From Alphaproteobacteria bacterium (GTDB lineage Bacteria > Pseudomonadota > Alphaproteobacteria > UBA828): 64,000 nucleotides of DNA. Below are positions 20,810 to 31,869 of the stretch, piece after piece (the first letter of the stretch is position 1; each line of letters opens with the position of its first letter). The DNA lies in contig OZ243972.1 in NCBI GenBank assembly GCA_965214705.1, forward strand, positions 1,472,001 through 1,536,000, given 5' to 3'. The position numbers and the translations under genes were made by a program. The notes under the pieces are model-generated. The model saw nothing but the letters and a program-made list of their open reading frames with translations. It had not been told where the DNA came from and made no database searches.

Positions 20810-21608
20810 CTCATTCTCCGGCCGCTCCCGTTTCCCACGCCGGGACCGCGCCTCTGAGCCAAGCCCTTCCGGTTCGCGCCGCCCACCGCGCGGCGAGGCC
20901 GCTTCCCGCTCTTCCTCCCGTGCCGTCCCTGGACGCCGGTCCGGCTCCGCGCGCGTCCTTGCCGGAGCGTTCGTGCTGCTCGCCCTCGGCGTGCTCGCCG
21001 CTCCCCTGGCCGAGGCGCAGACTCTGCCTGACGTCGTCGTTCCTAAGGGGTCCCCGTACCCTGCCACGGAGGGGACCACAGTGGTGTACACCGTGGCGCT
21101 GTCTCCCGCCGGTACTCTGGCGCCCGCAGGCGGGGCAACGGTCAACCTGACCGTGTCCGACGCGACGACCGGCGGCGATTTCCTGGCGTCGGCGACCGAG
21201 GGCGCGAAGACGGTGACCATCGCCGCGGGTCAGACGTCCACCACGTACAGCGTCCCCACCGTCGACGATAATCAGGACGAGCCGGGCGGCAGTATCGCCC
21301 TAAAGATCGAGCCTGGCACGGGTTACAACAAGACGACCTTTGCGCACGAAAATTTGGTACTTGTGCGCGACAACGACCACCCGCCCGCGTCGCAGAGGCC
21401 TCGCGCGAAGGTCAAGGCGGGAACCTCGCCGGTGACGGAGGGAACGGCGGCGACCTTCACGGTGACGCTGACGCAAGCGGCGCCCACGGAAGGATTGCGC
21501 ATAGGTTTGCTTGTTCGCGAAGCCGAGGGCACCGATTTCGTGGCGGAGAAAAACCAGGGCGCCGGCAAGTCGGAGACGGTTGCGGCAGGGCAGAAGACCG
21601 CTCACTGA
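20778..21608 (+). pseudogene. Calx-beta repeat surface protein, 3'-truncated
   Basis: Signal peptide ending AEA-QT; TEGT..YTV and TVTIAAGQTS...TVDD..DE repeat; second repeat breaks off at TVAAGQKTAH*. Confidence 0.78.
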
Positions 21609-21852
21609 ATTGCGGCCCGTCTTTTGCCACCTTTCAGCGGGTCGCGAGGCCGGCGGGGAGTGCGAGAGCCCCCGCCGGCCGAACTCGCAGTGCGGTAAAC
21701 GACAAAGTGTGTCGCAAGCCGAGGGGCGTATATACAGTTGGCAAACGATGCGACGTATATGCACGCCCCTGAATAGAATTCTGTCGCCATTCTCCGCTCT
21801 TGTCCTCACAACAGCGACAAGCGGGTGCGGGAACGATCCGAGGGCCGAAGCC

Positions 21853-22245
21853 ATGGACTTCGATCAGTCAGATTTGTTGCGGGTTCTGGCCTTCATCGTC
21901 GTGGGCGGAGTTATCTATCTCGTGTTGCGGGCAGTCCCCAACGTCGCAAAGGAGATAGAAACCCCGGCACCCGTTCCGGGAGAAACAGCGCGGCAGCGCG
22001 ATCCACCGCCGTCAAATCACGTCGGATTCGCCGTCAAATGTCGCCAGAATCTCCGTCAAGTACGCCAGAATAAGCAGTGGGGAGAACGGCTCGGTCCTGC
22101 CGCAATTGAACACCTTAAGGAAGTCGTCCAGTCGAATAAGGTCTTCTCTGACCAAGGTCAGGCGGTCAGACCGCACGCAGAGCCAAGTGCAATGCCGCAG
22201 CGACGCCGATCTGCAAGGATGGTGCTGCGTCCCATGATCCACTAA
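21853..22245 (+). CDS. Hypothetical protein with N-terminal TM helix
   Basis: VLAFIVVGGVIYLVL helix. Confidence 0.45.
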   Translation: MDFDQSDLLRVLAFIVVGGVIYLVLRAVPNVAKEIETPAPVPGETARQRDPPPSNHVGFAVKCRQNLRQVRQNKQWGERLGPAAIEHLKEVVQSNKVFSDQGQAVRPHAEPSAMPQRRRSARMVLRPMIH

Positions 22246-22265
22246 GCATCGAGGAACCGTAATTC

Positions 22266-22616
22266 ATGACCAGAGACAGCATGGAGCGCAACCCGGCTGC
22301 ACTCACGGCCGCCCGTCACCTTAGGGAGTTCGGATACACGGGCTGGCACCTGAGGCGGCGCAAGCATGATCCCAAGCCTCCCAGCGAGGTCGTGGACGGA
22401 ACAGATCGTGTAGAGCGACAGTTAGTCCAGGCCGATCATCACGCTGCCGAGCAGTTCCCGGAGCGGGATGGCTCCGCAGTGTTCCTCATGATGGGCCGCC
22501 CGCGTCCTGAAGCCGGTGACGGGCTGATCGCACTCACGCGCTACTGGCTCATCGAGGAGGTCAACGTCATGCACGATGACAAGCACGCTCCAATCTACGC
22601 CGTGCTCTGCGCATGA
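22266..22616 (+). CDS. Hypothetical protein, possible phage head-closure-like relic
   Basis: GAGG RBS; TAARHLREFG...LRRR..DP...PEAGDGLI...WLIEEV...IY pattern. Confidence 0.45.
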   Translation: MTRDSMERNPAALTAARHLREFGYTGWHLRRRKHDPKPPSEVVDGTDRVERQLVQADHHAAEQFPERDGSAVFLMMGRPRPEAGDGLIALTRYWLIEEVNVMHDDKHAPIYAVLCA

Positions 22617-23783
22617 GTCGACGGCAATGAAGGGATAGCCCGAGTGAGCCAAGAAGGGACTCTTCTCAGGCAGGATTTTCCCATCAGGGAGGCAATGAAC
22701 GGAGCTACTCATTTGCACATCGGGCGCTTTCCGCAATTCAGTACTCAATGTTGGAGAGCGTTTCCAAGACACCTGGCTAAAGCTATTCCTCTGTCGCATT
22801 TGCAAATACAGCAACTCCATTGTCCTATCGAGTCCGACGACGTTGAAGTCGGGGTCACCCATTGATTGAACTTGAACTGAAAGTAGGAAGTCTTGTCCCG
22901 CTGACTCGCGAGAGATATGCGTTCGAGCAGGATGATGACGCGCGGTGCAGCGTGGCCGTGCAGCGCCGCTATAGCAGGCGTCGCTATGTGTGTCTGCGTG
23001 CTTACCATGTAGGCTGCAGCTTCCCCCGCACTTGACCGCCCAATCCGATTCCAATTGATCGCGATCTCTCTCAGTCTCAGTTTCCATTTTCTCATGCTAT
23101 CGATCCGTTTGATTATCCATTGAGGGCTTTCTACTCGATTTATGAGAAATAATCGCTTGCCTTACGAACTTAAATCTCCTATTGATTGCTCAAATCAATA
23201 AACAAATGAAATGGGAGGATAGCGTGCTGGTTATAACAATCGGCAATGGCAAGCGGGAATCGCAATTCACGCACTGCCAGTCCGTCTCGGGCAGCTCACA
23301 CAATGATGCCAGCCTCGCCAGACTCCACACGGTCGCTGCGGCAGGCCACTTACCCACAGCTACCACCGGAAGCTTCAGCTCCTACACCACGCGTGGGAAC
23401 ACAACCCCTGTTGCCGGCAACAAATATCCGGTGCTTGCCGGCGTTGACCGTGGCACCGTCGGCAATCGTCGCCGGTGACGGTCGGCTGCAATAGCTTGTC
23501 GGGTATCTCGCTAGCCGGAGACGCACACACCTGATGTTGATGACAGGATTTCCCGAGAGAGCAGGAAAAGTAACTTCCGGCTGAGCGTCTGCGCTTAGGA
23601 TCGGTGGTGGCACTGACACCGAGCGGGACGTGCGCCGGTTATGCTGAGCGGTTACGCCCGCTGGACTGCGTGGTACGGCTGCTCGAAAGCGGACGACTTA
23701 GCGAGTGAACTCTCTAGTATCTAGAATCATTCTGGCAAGTTAGAAACAGAGACTTTCCTTGCAATAGAAACAGGCCATTAGAA

Positions 23784-24689
23784 GTGAATTACACCCCATC
23801 TCTCAACGCCCTCCGCGCCTTTGAAGTCGTTGTGCGTAGGGGCTCCATGTCAGCCGCGGCCGCAGAACTATGCATCACAGTTAGCGCGATAAGCCGCCAT
23901 GTCAGAATTCTCGAAAAGCACCTCGGCACGGAACTTCTCTTGCGTGATCGCCGCGGCATACGTCCAACAGAGACGGGTTGCCGACTCCAACAAGGCCTGG
24001 AGGCGGCCTTTACCGACATCACGACTTGCGTGGAGATTGCAACCCTCCAGCGGTTGAGAAATCAGATCAACATTTTCGCTCCTCCGATGTTCGCAGCCTA
24101 TTGGTTGATCCCGCGTCTAGACCGTTTCGAACAACTGTGTCCGGAGACCAGCATCTCCATTGAAGATAAGTGGACTTGTTCTCATGTAATTCCACCTGGT
24201 GCCGACTTGATTATCGAATACGGACGTCGGCCCGGCGATCGCGAGGATCATATTTCTGAGAGACTGACCGTCGAGGAGATCTTTCCCGTGTGTGACGTTG
24301 CTATGGGCCGGCGGGTTGCGGAGAACAGTGGTCTGTCGGGGATCACGTTGTTGCACCGCAGGGGCATCCCTCGTTCTGCCAACTGGCCAAGCTGGGTTGG
24401 TTTCGCCAAGGCCACTGGTCTCAACGGCATCGATGGCAGCCGGAGTTCTCGCTATTCTACGGCGCTGATTATGGAGGCCACTCGCGCGGGTCGGGGCCTG
24501 CTACTCACTAACACTACCGTGGCCCATGACGATCTCGCGGCCGGACGTCTGGTTCGCCCCATTGCCCAGAGCATGAGCAATGATTGTGGTTACTGGTTGC
24601 TGGCGGCGAGGGCCCAACTGAACATGCCAAGAGTTGTCTCATTCCGTGCTTGGCTGCTAGATGAACTTGCGGCTTGTTCTAGAGAATGA
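23784..24689 (+). CDS. LysR-family regulator (GcvA-like)
   Basis: PSLNALRAFE, AAAELCITVSAISRHVRILE, WLIPRL and GRLVRP motifs. Confidence 0.92.
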   Translation: MNYTPSLNALRAFEVVVRRGSMSAAAAELCITVSAISRHVRILEKHLGTELLLRDRRGIRPTETGCRLQQGLEAAFTDITTCVEIATLQRLRNQINIFAPPMFAAYWLIPRLDRFEQLCPETSISIEDKWTCSHVIPPGADLIIEYGRRPGDREDHISERLTVEEIFPVCDVAMGRRVAENSGLSGITLLHRRGIPRSANWPSWVGFAKATGLNGIDGSRSSRYSTALIMEATRAGRGLLLTNTTVAHDDLAAGRLVRPIAQSMSNDCGYWLLAARAQLNMPRVVSFRAWLLDELAACSRE

Positions 24690-25269
24690 GGTGACCACCA
24701 GCGATCCACGATGAGACGTTTCATCTCGTCGTCCTTTCCCACAACGGGCGTCTCCGTACGGGAAAGCCACTTGGGCGAGGGTAGCATCAAGTAGCTGTAG
24801 AATATACGTGATAGATTTCAACCTACATGTACAGGAGTTTTGTGAGTTCGCTTAGCGAGTTCAGTGGAGACAGCCTGCCCTTCTGATTGACTCGACTTGA
24901 ACGGCGAATTTGGATGGAACGAGCGGGCTTTCGAAAAACCCCTTGTGCGGATTCCTACGGACTTGCCGGCGGATCGGCCGAGTCGCCAAAAGCCCGCTAT
25001 CTTCTGCAGCTGATCGCTCCGGCCTGAGCAAGACATCAGCGCACATTACACATACCCCGATGCCCGTACTCGTGGCCCGCACCTTCGTTCAAACCAGATT
25101 GACCAGGCTCTCGCGAGCCCGCTCAATCCTTAAGATTTCCTATTTTATTTGACCGCGAATCCTGGCGATTTGACCGCCGGGGCGGTGCCGGTTGTCAGTC
25201 TCTCCCGGGTGTTGCCGTAGGGTTTCTCCGTTGCTGGTTGGGGGCCGGCCGGAGGCCAGCCCGGTGCCA

Positions 25270-26427
25270 TCAGTCCTGAGGAAGGGCCGCAGTGTCGAGG
25301 ACACGATCGAGCACTTGCCGCACGGCGTTGCGGTAAGCTCGGCTCGGCGATCTCGATTTTCCCTCAGTGGCGGACGCATGAATGGCGGAATCAAAGGGAA
25401 CTGCGACGTCGGGCTTCCGATCGCCGAGCGCATAGCGGATATGGGCCGACGTCAGTGCGCTTCGGGGCGTTCTAGGCAGACACTGCACCAGCGTCGCGGG
25501 GCGGTTTGTGCCCAGTAGCGCTAGACAGCGCACCGCCGCGCTCAGACTGGAGAGAGTGGGCTCATAGAGCAGCACACGGGCGTCAGTGTGTTGCATGACT
25601 TCCAGTTGCATCACAGGATCCGGAAAACCCGTCACCAGCACCAGATGCGTTCGGTTGGCGAGTTGCTCGAGTAGGCTGAGCACGGTAGTCGACGATGGCG
25701 ATGCCGAAAGCGAAAGCGCGGCCTGGGGGGTGTAGGCGATCAGCGTTACATGCGTACCGGCCGGAGTGCATATGCCGTCGATCTGATCGGTGGCAGCGCT
25801 TCTCTCGGGATTGATAGACTCACCGGCGCCGAGGGCGGCAAGAAACGCGGGAAGACCGTCGGCGGGCTCGACGCCGAACAACCCCGGGAGGCGTCCTGCG
25901 ACCGGATCCAGATCGACGACCGATATCGTGCGTCCGTCGGCCGCAATGGCGCGGGCTACCGCGGCGAGGAGGGTGGAGGTGCCGCTTCCGGCGCTGCCCG
26001 CGAACGCGATCACCCGTCCCGCGTAGGACCGCTCGGTCTGGTCGTCGGTTAGCGCTGCGCATGCCTCTCGGACTAGAGAGGCTGATATGGGTTTGAGCAG
26101 ATAGTCGGATATGCCGTGCTGAAAAAGATTCCGCGTGCACTGCGCCGTGTCGGTCGAGCCGATGGCGATCACGTCGGTCTCAAAGGCGCACACCGCAGTC
26201 AGCTCCCTAGCCGCCCGGCCCGGCTCAGCGACGCCATCGAGGTCGACGAACAGGACTCTGGAAGCTGGTTCGCTTGCCAGGGTTCGCAGCGCCGCTTTGA
26301 AGCGCCCTCGCTGTATCCTGACCTTGCGGCCCGCAAGCCCCGCGCGAAGGGCGCGTAGGGTCCTGGCGTCGGCGGCGAACGCACGGGCGTAAAGGCTGTC
26401 GGGTGTCAGAGCCATGGTGGCGCTCAT
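25270..26427 (-). CDS. CpaE/TadZ-like protein (pseudo-receiver plus degenerate ParA/MinD P-loop)
   Basis: VLFVDLDG, GISDYLLKP, GRVIAFAGSAGSGTSTL and VVDLD motifs. Confidence 0.75.
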   Translation of the reverse strand: MSATMALTPDSLYARAFAADARTLRALRAGLAGRKVRIQRGRFKAALRTLASEPASRVLFVDLDGVAEPGRAARELTAVCAFETDVIAIGSTDTAQCTRNLFQHGISDYLLKPISASLVREACAALTDDQTERSYAGRVIAFAGSAGSGTSTLLAAVARAIAADGRTISVVDLDPVAGRLPGLFGVEPADGLPAFLAALGAGESINPERSAATDQIDGICTPAGTHVTLIAYTPQAALSLSASPSSTTVLSLLEQLANRTHLVLVTGFPDPVMQLEVMQHTDARVLLYEPTLSSLSAAVRCLALLGTNRPATLVQCLPRTPRSALTSAHIRYALGDRKPDVAVPFDSAIHASATEGKSRSPSRAYRNAVRQVLDRVLDTAALPQD

Positions 26428-26461
26428 GGACGGCTAAGGGGCCCAATCCCACTTGCCGGGA

Positions 26462-27001
26462 TCATGAGCCGCCACCGATCGAGGAGGCGGTCTCGGACGG
26501 TTTCGGCAGGGGGCGAACCCGGTCTTCGACCCATCGCCGGTAGCTGTTCAATGGGCCGCCATGCGCAGCGTGCGTTACTGTCGACGAGGTGCACAATTGC
26601 GATTGCGCTTCCTGACCCTGGGTCAATGCCGGCCTAGCGGTGTTCAAAGTGATGTCGCTCGGGGATGCGACATCCTGGGTTCTCTCGGTGCATCGAAGTC
26701 GAGCGGCCTGCAGGGCGCGGTGATAGCTCACCAAGTACTCCGCTTCCGAATCGGGGGAAGCACTCGAGCCACGCAGGGGCACAAAGTAGGCGTCTCTCTG
26801 AGCAAGTCGTTCTTGGCACCCGGCGGCTGCAAGCATAACGACCAGCATACCTACGACGATCCGAAAAAGGGAGGGCAGGAATTCCGTGTTTGTCACAGCT
26901 TGATCCCGTGCATCAAACATCGCACCATGGCTTGCTCCTTGCAGAGAGTGGGTGACTCGAGTTTTGCGAGACTGCGTCTGCCAAACGGACTTAGCGCTCA
27001 T
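26462..27001 (-). CDS. Hypothetical lipoprotein (true start probably internal)
   Basis: Hydrophobic stretch ending in lipobox LAAAG-C. Confidence 0.55.
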   Translation of the reverse strand: MSAKSVWQTQSRKTRVTHSLQGASHGAMFDARDQAVTNTEFLPSLFRIVVGMLVVMLAAAGCQERLAQRDAYFVPLRGSSASPDSEAEYLVSYHRALQAARLRCTERTQDVASPSDITLNTARPALTQGQEAQSQLCTSSTVTHAAHGGPLNSYRRWVEDRVRPLPKPSETASSIGGGS

Positions 27002-27091
27002 GACATAACTACTCCAATTCTAGATCAGCAAGATTTTGACTGAACTCTGAGACCAGGCCTACGCAGAATTCCCCAAGCGGAATTCATCGCG

Positions 27092-28354
27092 CTAGCTCGC
27101 GTCTTCTGCAGCCTTGCTCATGATATCCAGATTCCTGATGATCAGAAGAACCCGCGCAAACACATCCGCTGCTGACTTGTCTTTGGCTTGGCGTGACCCG
27201 CTGGCTGACAACTGAACATCGAGATGAACCTTGATTCTCGCGATTTCCCCAAGCAGGAAGTTCGTTGCATCGAGTACATCCGCCGGTGTTACCCCTTCAA
27301 GTGAAAAACTCGGTGCTCTGGATGCATCCATGCCCAATTTTGATTGCAGATTGATTACCTTGTTTGCCGCCCTCACGACTTGTTGCGCCACTGCCACGGA
27401 CTCTTTCCCGCTTCCCAAAGCTGGAAGATCAAGGTCCAGCGAAACTCCGAGCGCTTCTGCAACCAGCAGCATTTCATCGTGAACCCGCAGCATGTGAAGA
27501 TAGAGGTCGTTGGGAGTAGCAGGACGGCCCACGAGACCGTCCAGCAGAAGAGAGGCATGGGCAAGATTGTGGTACGTGAACGTTGATGTTTTTCCGCCGA
27601 TAAAGGGAGCAGGTTCGATTGTCTCATTGACGACTACTTGCCGCTTGACCCTGCGTAGCTCCTCGATAATGATCTGGATTCTTTGAAGTAGGTCGTCCTG
27701 AGAGACGAAGTCAACTGGGATGTGACCAACCTCTACAGGAATCATGCCAAGCCGCTTCTGGAAACGGGCCGTTTTCTCCATAACTTCTAAAGACTTGGCA
27801 AAGACATGAATCGGGTCTCTATGTTTCAGAAGTGGGGCCTTACCCGGACTATCGTTGACGTGCATGGCCTTCCGCAAAATATCGATTTCCGAAACGAGAT
27901 CCGCCGTCACTTGATATACGTGGCTGGGCGTAATGTAACCCCTATCAGCTTGGTCTCGCGGAAGATTGCGGCGCCCGAGTGGTTTTTTCGATGCGACATC
28001 GGCCCTGCTGGCCGCCAATTCCCGGATCTGTGCGTCTTCTGCGGCTGTATCCTGTGCCCGATCATGCCTCTCGGAGACACCTATCTCCTCTTTTTCCTTC
28101 GAGTCCCGACCTTCGTCCGTCTCGGTTTCCGCGGAATCGCCTCCAAAGAAGCCCACTATGGATGACACGAGACCGCCCCAGAAGCCCTCCTCATCGTCAT
28201 GTGCATGGTGCTGGGTTGCGTTCCGGAAGACACGCCGACATGGTGCACGCTTCCGGGTCGGACACGCCGGAAGGCGACCGAGCTGATGGTCCGGCTTCCC
28301 TGCGCGCCTTCGCGCATCAGCCTCGGTGCAGAACGCGCACCCAACCGAAGGCAC
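27092..28354 (-). CDS. Hypothetical helical-repeat protein
   Basis: Eight units of up to ~38 aa starting T/K-P/S-x-D/H-V; start uncertain. Confidence 0.7.
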   Translation of the reverse strand: MPSVGCAFCTEADARRRAGKPDHQLGRLPACPTRKRAPCRRVFRNATQHHAHDDEEGFWGGLVSSIVGFFGGDSAETETDEGRDSKEKEEIGVSERHDRAQDTAAEDAQIRELAASRADVASKKPLGRRNLPRDQADRGYITPSHVYQVTADLVSEIDILRKAMHVNDSPGKAPLLKHRDPIHVFAKSLEVMEKTARFQKRLGMIPVEVGHIPVDFVSQDDLLQRIQIIIEELRRVKRQVVVNETIEPAPFIGGKTSTFTYHNLAHASLLLDGLVGRPATPNDLYLHMLRVHDEMLLVAEALGVSLDLDLPALGSGKESVAVAQQVVRAANKVINLQSKLGMDASRAPSFSLEGVTPADVLDATNFLLGEIARIKVHLDVQLSASGSRQAKDKSAADVFARVLLIIRNLDIMSKAAEDAS

Positions 28355-28356
28355 AC

Positions 28357-29570
28357 TTAGTCCGATTGACGCACAGCGGGAAGTGTCACCGTCATCTCGG
28401 CGTACTCGCGTGGTACGGATTCGGAGGTGATCGTTCCTCCGTGTCCGCGAACGATATCGTGAGAGAGGCTCATTCCCAGTCCGGTTCCCTGATCGGCTGC
28501 CTTGGTGCTGAAGAACGGCGTAAACATCTTCGCCATCACGTCCGGGGTCATGCCGATTCCGTTGTCCCGAATGCTGATCTCGACGGCGTCATCCGTCCGC
28601 GCGGTCTTCAGGCGCAGGGCGGGCGCGAAGCCTTCGCCCTGCTTTCTCTTCTCCTCGATCGCCTGGCAGGCATTGCTCACCAAGTTGATGAAAACCCGCC
28701 CTAGGTCCTCAGGCACGGCGCTGATGTCGCCCGCGTCCGGGTCGAGCTCCTTCTGGATCTTCATGTTGAAGCCCGGGTTCTGGGCACGGACGGCGTGGAA
28801 GGCCAGCATGGTCTACTCGACTAGCAGTTGGTTGATATCCACCGGTCGGAATTCTCGCTGACCGTCGCCGCGCCTGAAGTCCAGCATGTCGGTCACGATG
28901 CGATTGGCACGCCCGCTGTGGTGGGTGATGCGGGTCATGTTTTCGGTCAGGTCGGCGGCGAGATCCGCAACTTCCGCCTGGATTTCCTCGCTGTTCAGCT
29001 TGTCAGTCTTGCCGGAGATCTCGGCCAGTTCTTCTACAATCATTACAGACGACTCAGCGAAGTTCTTGATGAATTGAAGTGGGTTGCGAATCTCGTGTGC
29101 GACCCCGGCCGACACCTCTCCCAGTTCGGCCAGCTTTTGCTGGCTGATGATCTGGTCCTGTGTCGTCCTGAGCTGATCCAGCGTGGACTTCAGGGTCTCG
29201 TTGCCCTTTCGAAGCTCCTCCGATAGTTCCTTCTGCGCGGTCTCGAGCTGCCGCGATCGGATTAATGCTTGGCGCAGCGCTTCGAGGACTCGCCCATACA
29301 TCGAAATTTCGTCGCTGCCGGGCGTGTCTACGTGGAAATCCAGATCACCGGCGACCACCGCTTCACCCACTGTTGGAGAAACAATCCCCGTACCTGGATG
29401 ACGGCCTGCAGGAGCGTGTGAGCGAGATCGATGACCAGTGCCGCGAGCGCGAGCGCCAGCAGCGTCGTGCTGCCGTAAAAGCCCGCGTAAACGGACAGCG
29501 CGATTAGCAAGCCGGATCGGCCCACGAGGAAGAAGACACTCTTTCCGCTGTAGGTGCGAAGGCTCAGCAT
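28357..29570 (-). pseudogene. Sensor histidine kinase (TM-HAMP-HisKA-HATPase), disrupted
   Basis: AHEIRNPL, NLVSNA, DNGIG, PFFSTK and GTGLG motifs; in-frame TAG at 28813-28815; frameshift near 29400 separating the TM segment. Confidence 0.85.
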
Positions 29571-29633
29571 GTTGGGCCATGCACGCGCTCACGACCGAAA
29601 ACATCTTGCAATCGTAAGAGGGGCAAATCCTGG

Positions 29634-29925
29634 GAGCGCCAGCCTAACTTTGTCGTGGACAGCCGGTGAAAGTCCGGTGAAGGGAAGGACTGACGCCCCA
29701 TCCTTGCCTTGAGCCGTGCGTCGGCCTTCGCGAGGAGGCAGGCGAAGCGTCGGTAGAGGTGCGCGTGGGCAGGACATCGAGCACCGAAAATGCCGTCATT
29801 CGGAGTGCCGAGGCCATCCAGAAGGTCGAAGGCAACACCGGCCGCCCGTTTTCGTGAGGGCGGCGGGGCTCCGCGGTGTCCGAGACCCCAGGCACGCGCG
29901 TACGTCCACACAGGGGACCTGGTGA
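29634..29925 (+). ncRNA. Group II intron domain I relic (class E-like), no RT and no recognisable domain V
   Basis: Ordered motifs GAGCGCCAGCCTAAC (GTGCG-like 5' end), CCGGTGAAAGTCCGG, GAGCCGTGCG..CGCGAGG..GGCGAAGCGTCGGTAG, GTGCCGA..GAAGGCAACAC, GAGACCCC; recognised from memory, not by covariance model. Confidence 0.72.
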
Positions 29926-30169
29926 GCGCGCGCAGCTGGTGTGATGTCGCTTGGGGGTCCCTGTTACGCCCGGCGCTGACGGTAGTCCTTGGTGATAGGC
30001 ATCGGGCCACCTTCGGCGTTTCCTGGCCATCGCGCTTCCAGTTCCGGGTGCAGCGGCCATGGGCCCGGCCATGTGACGCGACCGCGTTGCCGATCCGGAT
30101 CAGGGGGTTGAGCGCGCATTTTTCGCTGGACTTCGCGCGCTTTACGGACAGCCTGCGCGCGGAGGGTCC

Positions 30170-31837
30170 ATGGTCGATTCGCTTCAAACCCAAGCTCGGT
30201 TGATCGAGGAACTGCGGGCGACGAACGCCGCGCAGGCGGAAACGATCCTTGAGTTGCGTGCCGAGAACGAGCGTCTCAAGGAGACGGTCGCAGTGCACAC
30301 CGAGACAATCGAGATGCTCAAGGCCGAGATCCGCCAACTCAAGAGGTTGCCCGGCAAGCCGGATATCAAACCGGGCGCGGGCGACGGAGACGGCAAGGGC
30401 TCGGGCGGCAAGGGCCTGGAGGGAGGCCGGCGCTCTTCGGGCGCCTCGAAGAAGCGGCGAGGCCCCAAGCAGGGCCGCAAGGACGCGAAGCGCGTGGTCG
30501 TCTGCGTAGAGGACGCGCCCGAGGGCTCGGTCCACAAAGATTACCAGGACTATCACGCCCAACTGCTGGAACTCGAAGTCCACAACGTCGTCTTTCAGCG
30601 CGAGCGCGTGGTGACGCCGGATGGGCGCATCATCGTCGCTGAGCTGCCCGACGGCGTGATCGGCGGCTTCAACCTTGAGCTGCATCGCTTCGTGCTGATG
30701 CTCTACCACCAGGGCCAGAGCACGATCCCGCGCATCACTGCCCTGCTCGATGGGATCGGCCTCGACATCTCGGAGCGTCAGGTGCGGCGCCTGCTGACCG
30801 GGAACAGGGAACCGTTCGTCGGCGAGGCGGCGGAGATACTGAAGGCGGGTCTTGAAGGGGCGGCCTGGATCTCGGTCGACGACACTGGCGCGCGCCATCA
30901 AGGGCGCAACGGCTATTGCATCTCGATCGGCAACGATTGCTTCGGCTGGTTCGGAACGACGGGGTCGAAGAGCCGGCTGAGCTTCCTCGACACGATGTGC
31001 GGCGCCCTCGACGAGTACGTGCTGAACGATGAAGCGTTCCGGCACATGGAGAGCCACAGCATGCCGCGTCGGGCGCTTGACGCGTTGAGGGGGCATGCCG
31101 GTGGTCGGTTTGACGGGCCTGACCTGTGGATGGCGTTCCTCGACGGGCTCGGGATCGACGCCCCCAGGGCCCGGCTCCTCGCCACCGAGGGCGCCCGGCT
31201 CGGCTGTCTGTTCGCCCATGGCCTGCTGCGCGAGGACAGCGCCATCCTGAGCGACGACGCCGGCCAGTTCGACCTCGGCCTGCACCAGTTCCTGTGCTGG
31301 ATCCATGCCGAGAGGCTCTATCGCACGTTGCCGGTCTGGAGCGACGCCAGCCGTGCGGCCGTCGATGAGGTGCGCGGCGGCATCTGGCGGACGTACCGGC
31401 TGCTTGGCGCCTATTGCCGCCAGCCAAGTCCGCGCAGACGCGCCGTCGTCGAGCGCAGCTTCGCGCGCACCTTCCGGACCGGCACCGGCTACCGCCTGCT
31501 CGACGAGCAGATCGGGCGCACCCTAGCCAACCGCGACAAGCTGCTCGCCGTGCTCGACCGTCCCGACGTGCCGGCCCACACCAACGGTACCGAGAACGAC
31601 CTTCGCGTCTGTGTCGTCCGCCGCAAGGTCTCGGGCGGAACCCGCTCGGATAAAGGCCGTGCCTGCCGCGACGCCTTCCTCACCCACATGAAGACCTGTG
31701 CCCGCCACGGCATCTCATTCTGGAACTACCTCGGTGACCGCCTGGGCATCCCAGGTGCCGAAAGTGTCCCCTGGCTCCCCGACCTCGCGCGCCAGCGACC
31801 GACCGCTGGTCCAGTGCTCGCTCCGCAGGCCATCTGA
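30170..31837 (+). CDS. IS66-family transposase TnpC
   Basis: Leucine-zipper N-terminus; VDDTG, SDDAGQF, CWIHAER and TNGTENDLR motifs. Confidence 0.92.
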   Translation: MVDSLQTQARLIEELRATNAAQAETILELRAENERLKETVAVHTETIEMLKAEIRQLKRLPGKPDIKPGAGDGDGKGSGGKGLEGGRRSSGASKKRRGPKQGRKDAKRVVVCVEDAPEGSVHKDYQDYHAQLLELEVHNVVFQRERVVTPDGRIIVAELPDGVIGGFNLELHRFVLMLYHQGQSTIPRITALLDGIGLDISERQVRRLLTGNREPFVGEAAEILKAGLEGAAWISVDDTGARHQGRNGYCISIGNDCFGWFGTTGSKSRLSFLDTMCGALDEYVLNDEAFRHMESHSMPRRALDALRGHAGGRFDGPDLWMAFLDGLGIDAPRARLLATEGARLGCLFAHGLLREDSAILSDDAGQFDLGLHQFLCWIHAERLYRTLPVWSDASRAAVDEVRGGIWRTYRLLGAYCRQPSPRRRAVVERSFARTFRTGTGYRLLDEQIGRTLANRDKLLAVLDRPDVPAHTNGTENDLRVCVVRRKVSGGTRSDKGRACRDAFLTHMKTCARHGISFWNYLGDRLGIPGAESVPWLPDLARQRPTAGPVLAPQAI

Positions 31838-31869
31838 GGTCCTGCCCAAACCGGACCTCAAAGCCGGAA

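Noticed and set aside
22620-23700. Lower-GC short ORFs
   Set aside because: No motif or consistent frame; cannot support a call
28810-28815. Pyrrolysine or programmed read-through in the kinase
   Set aside because: One base from a Tyr codon, and the gene also has a frameshift; simple decay
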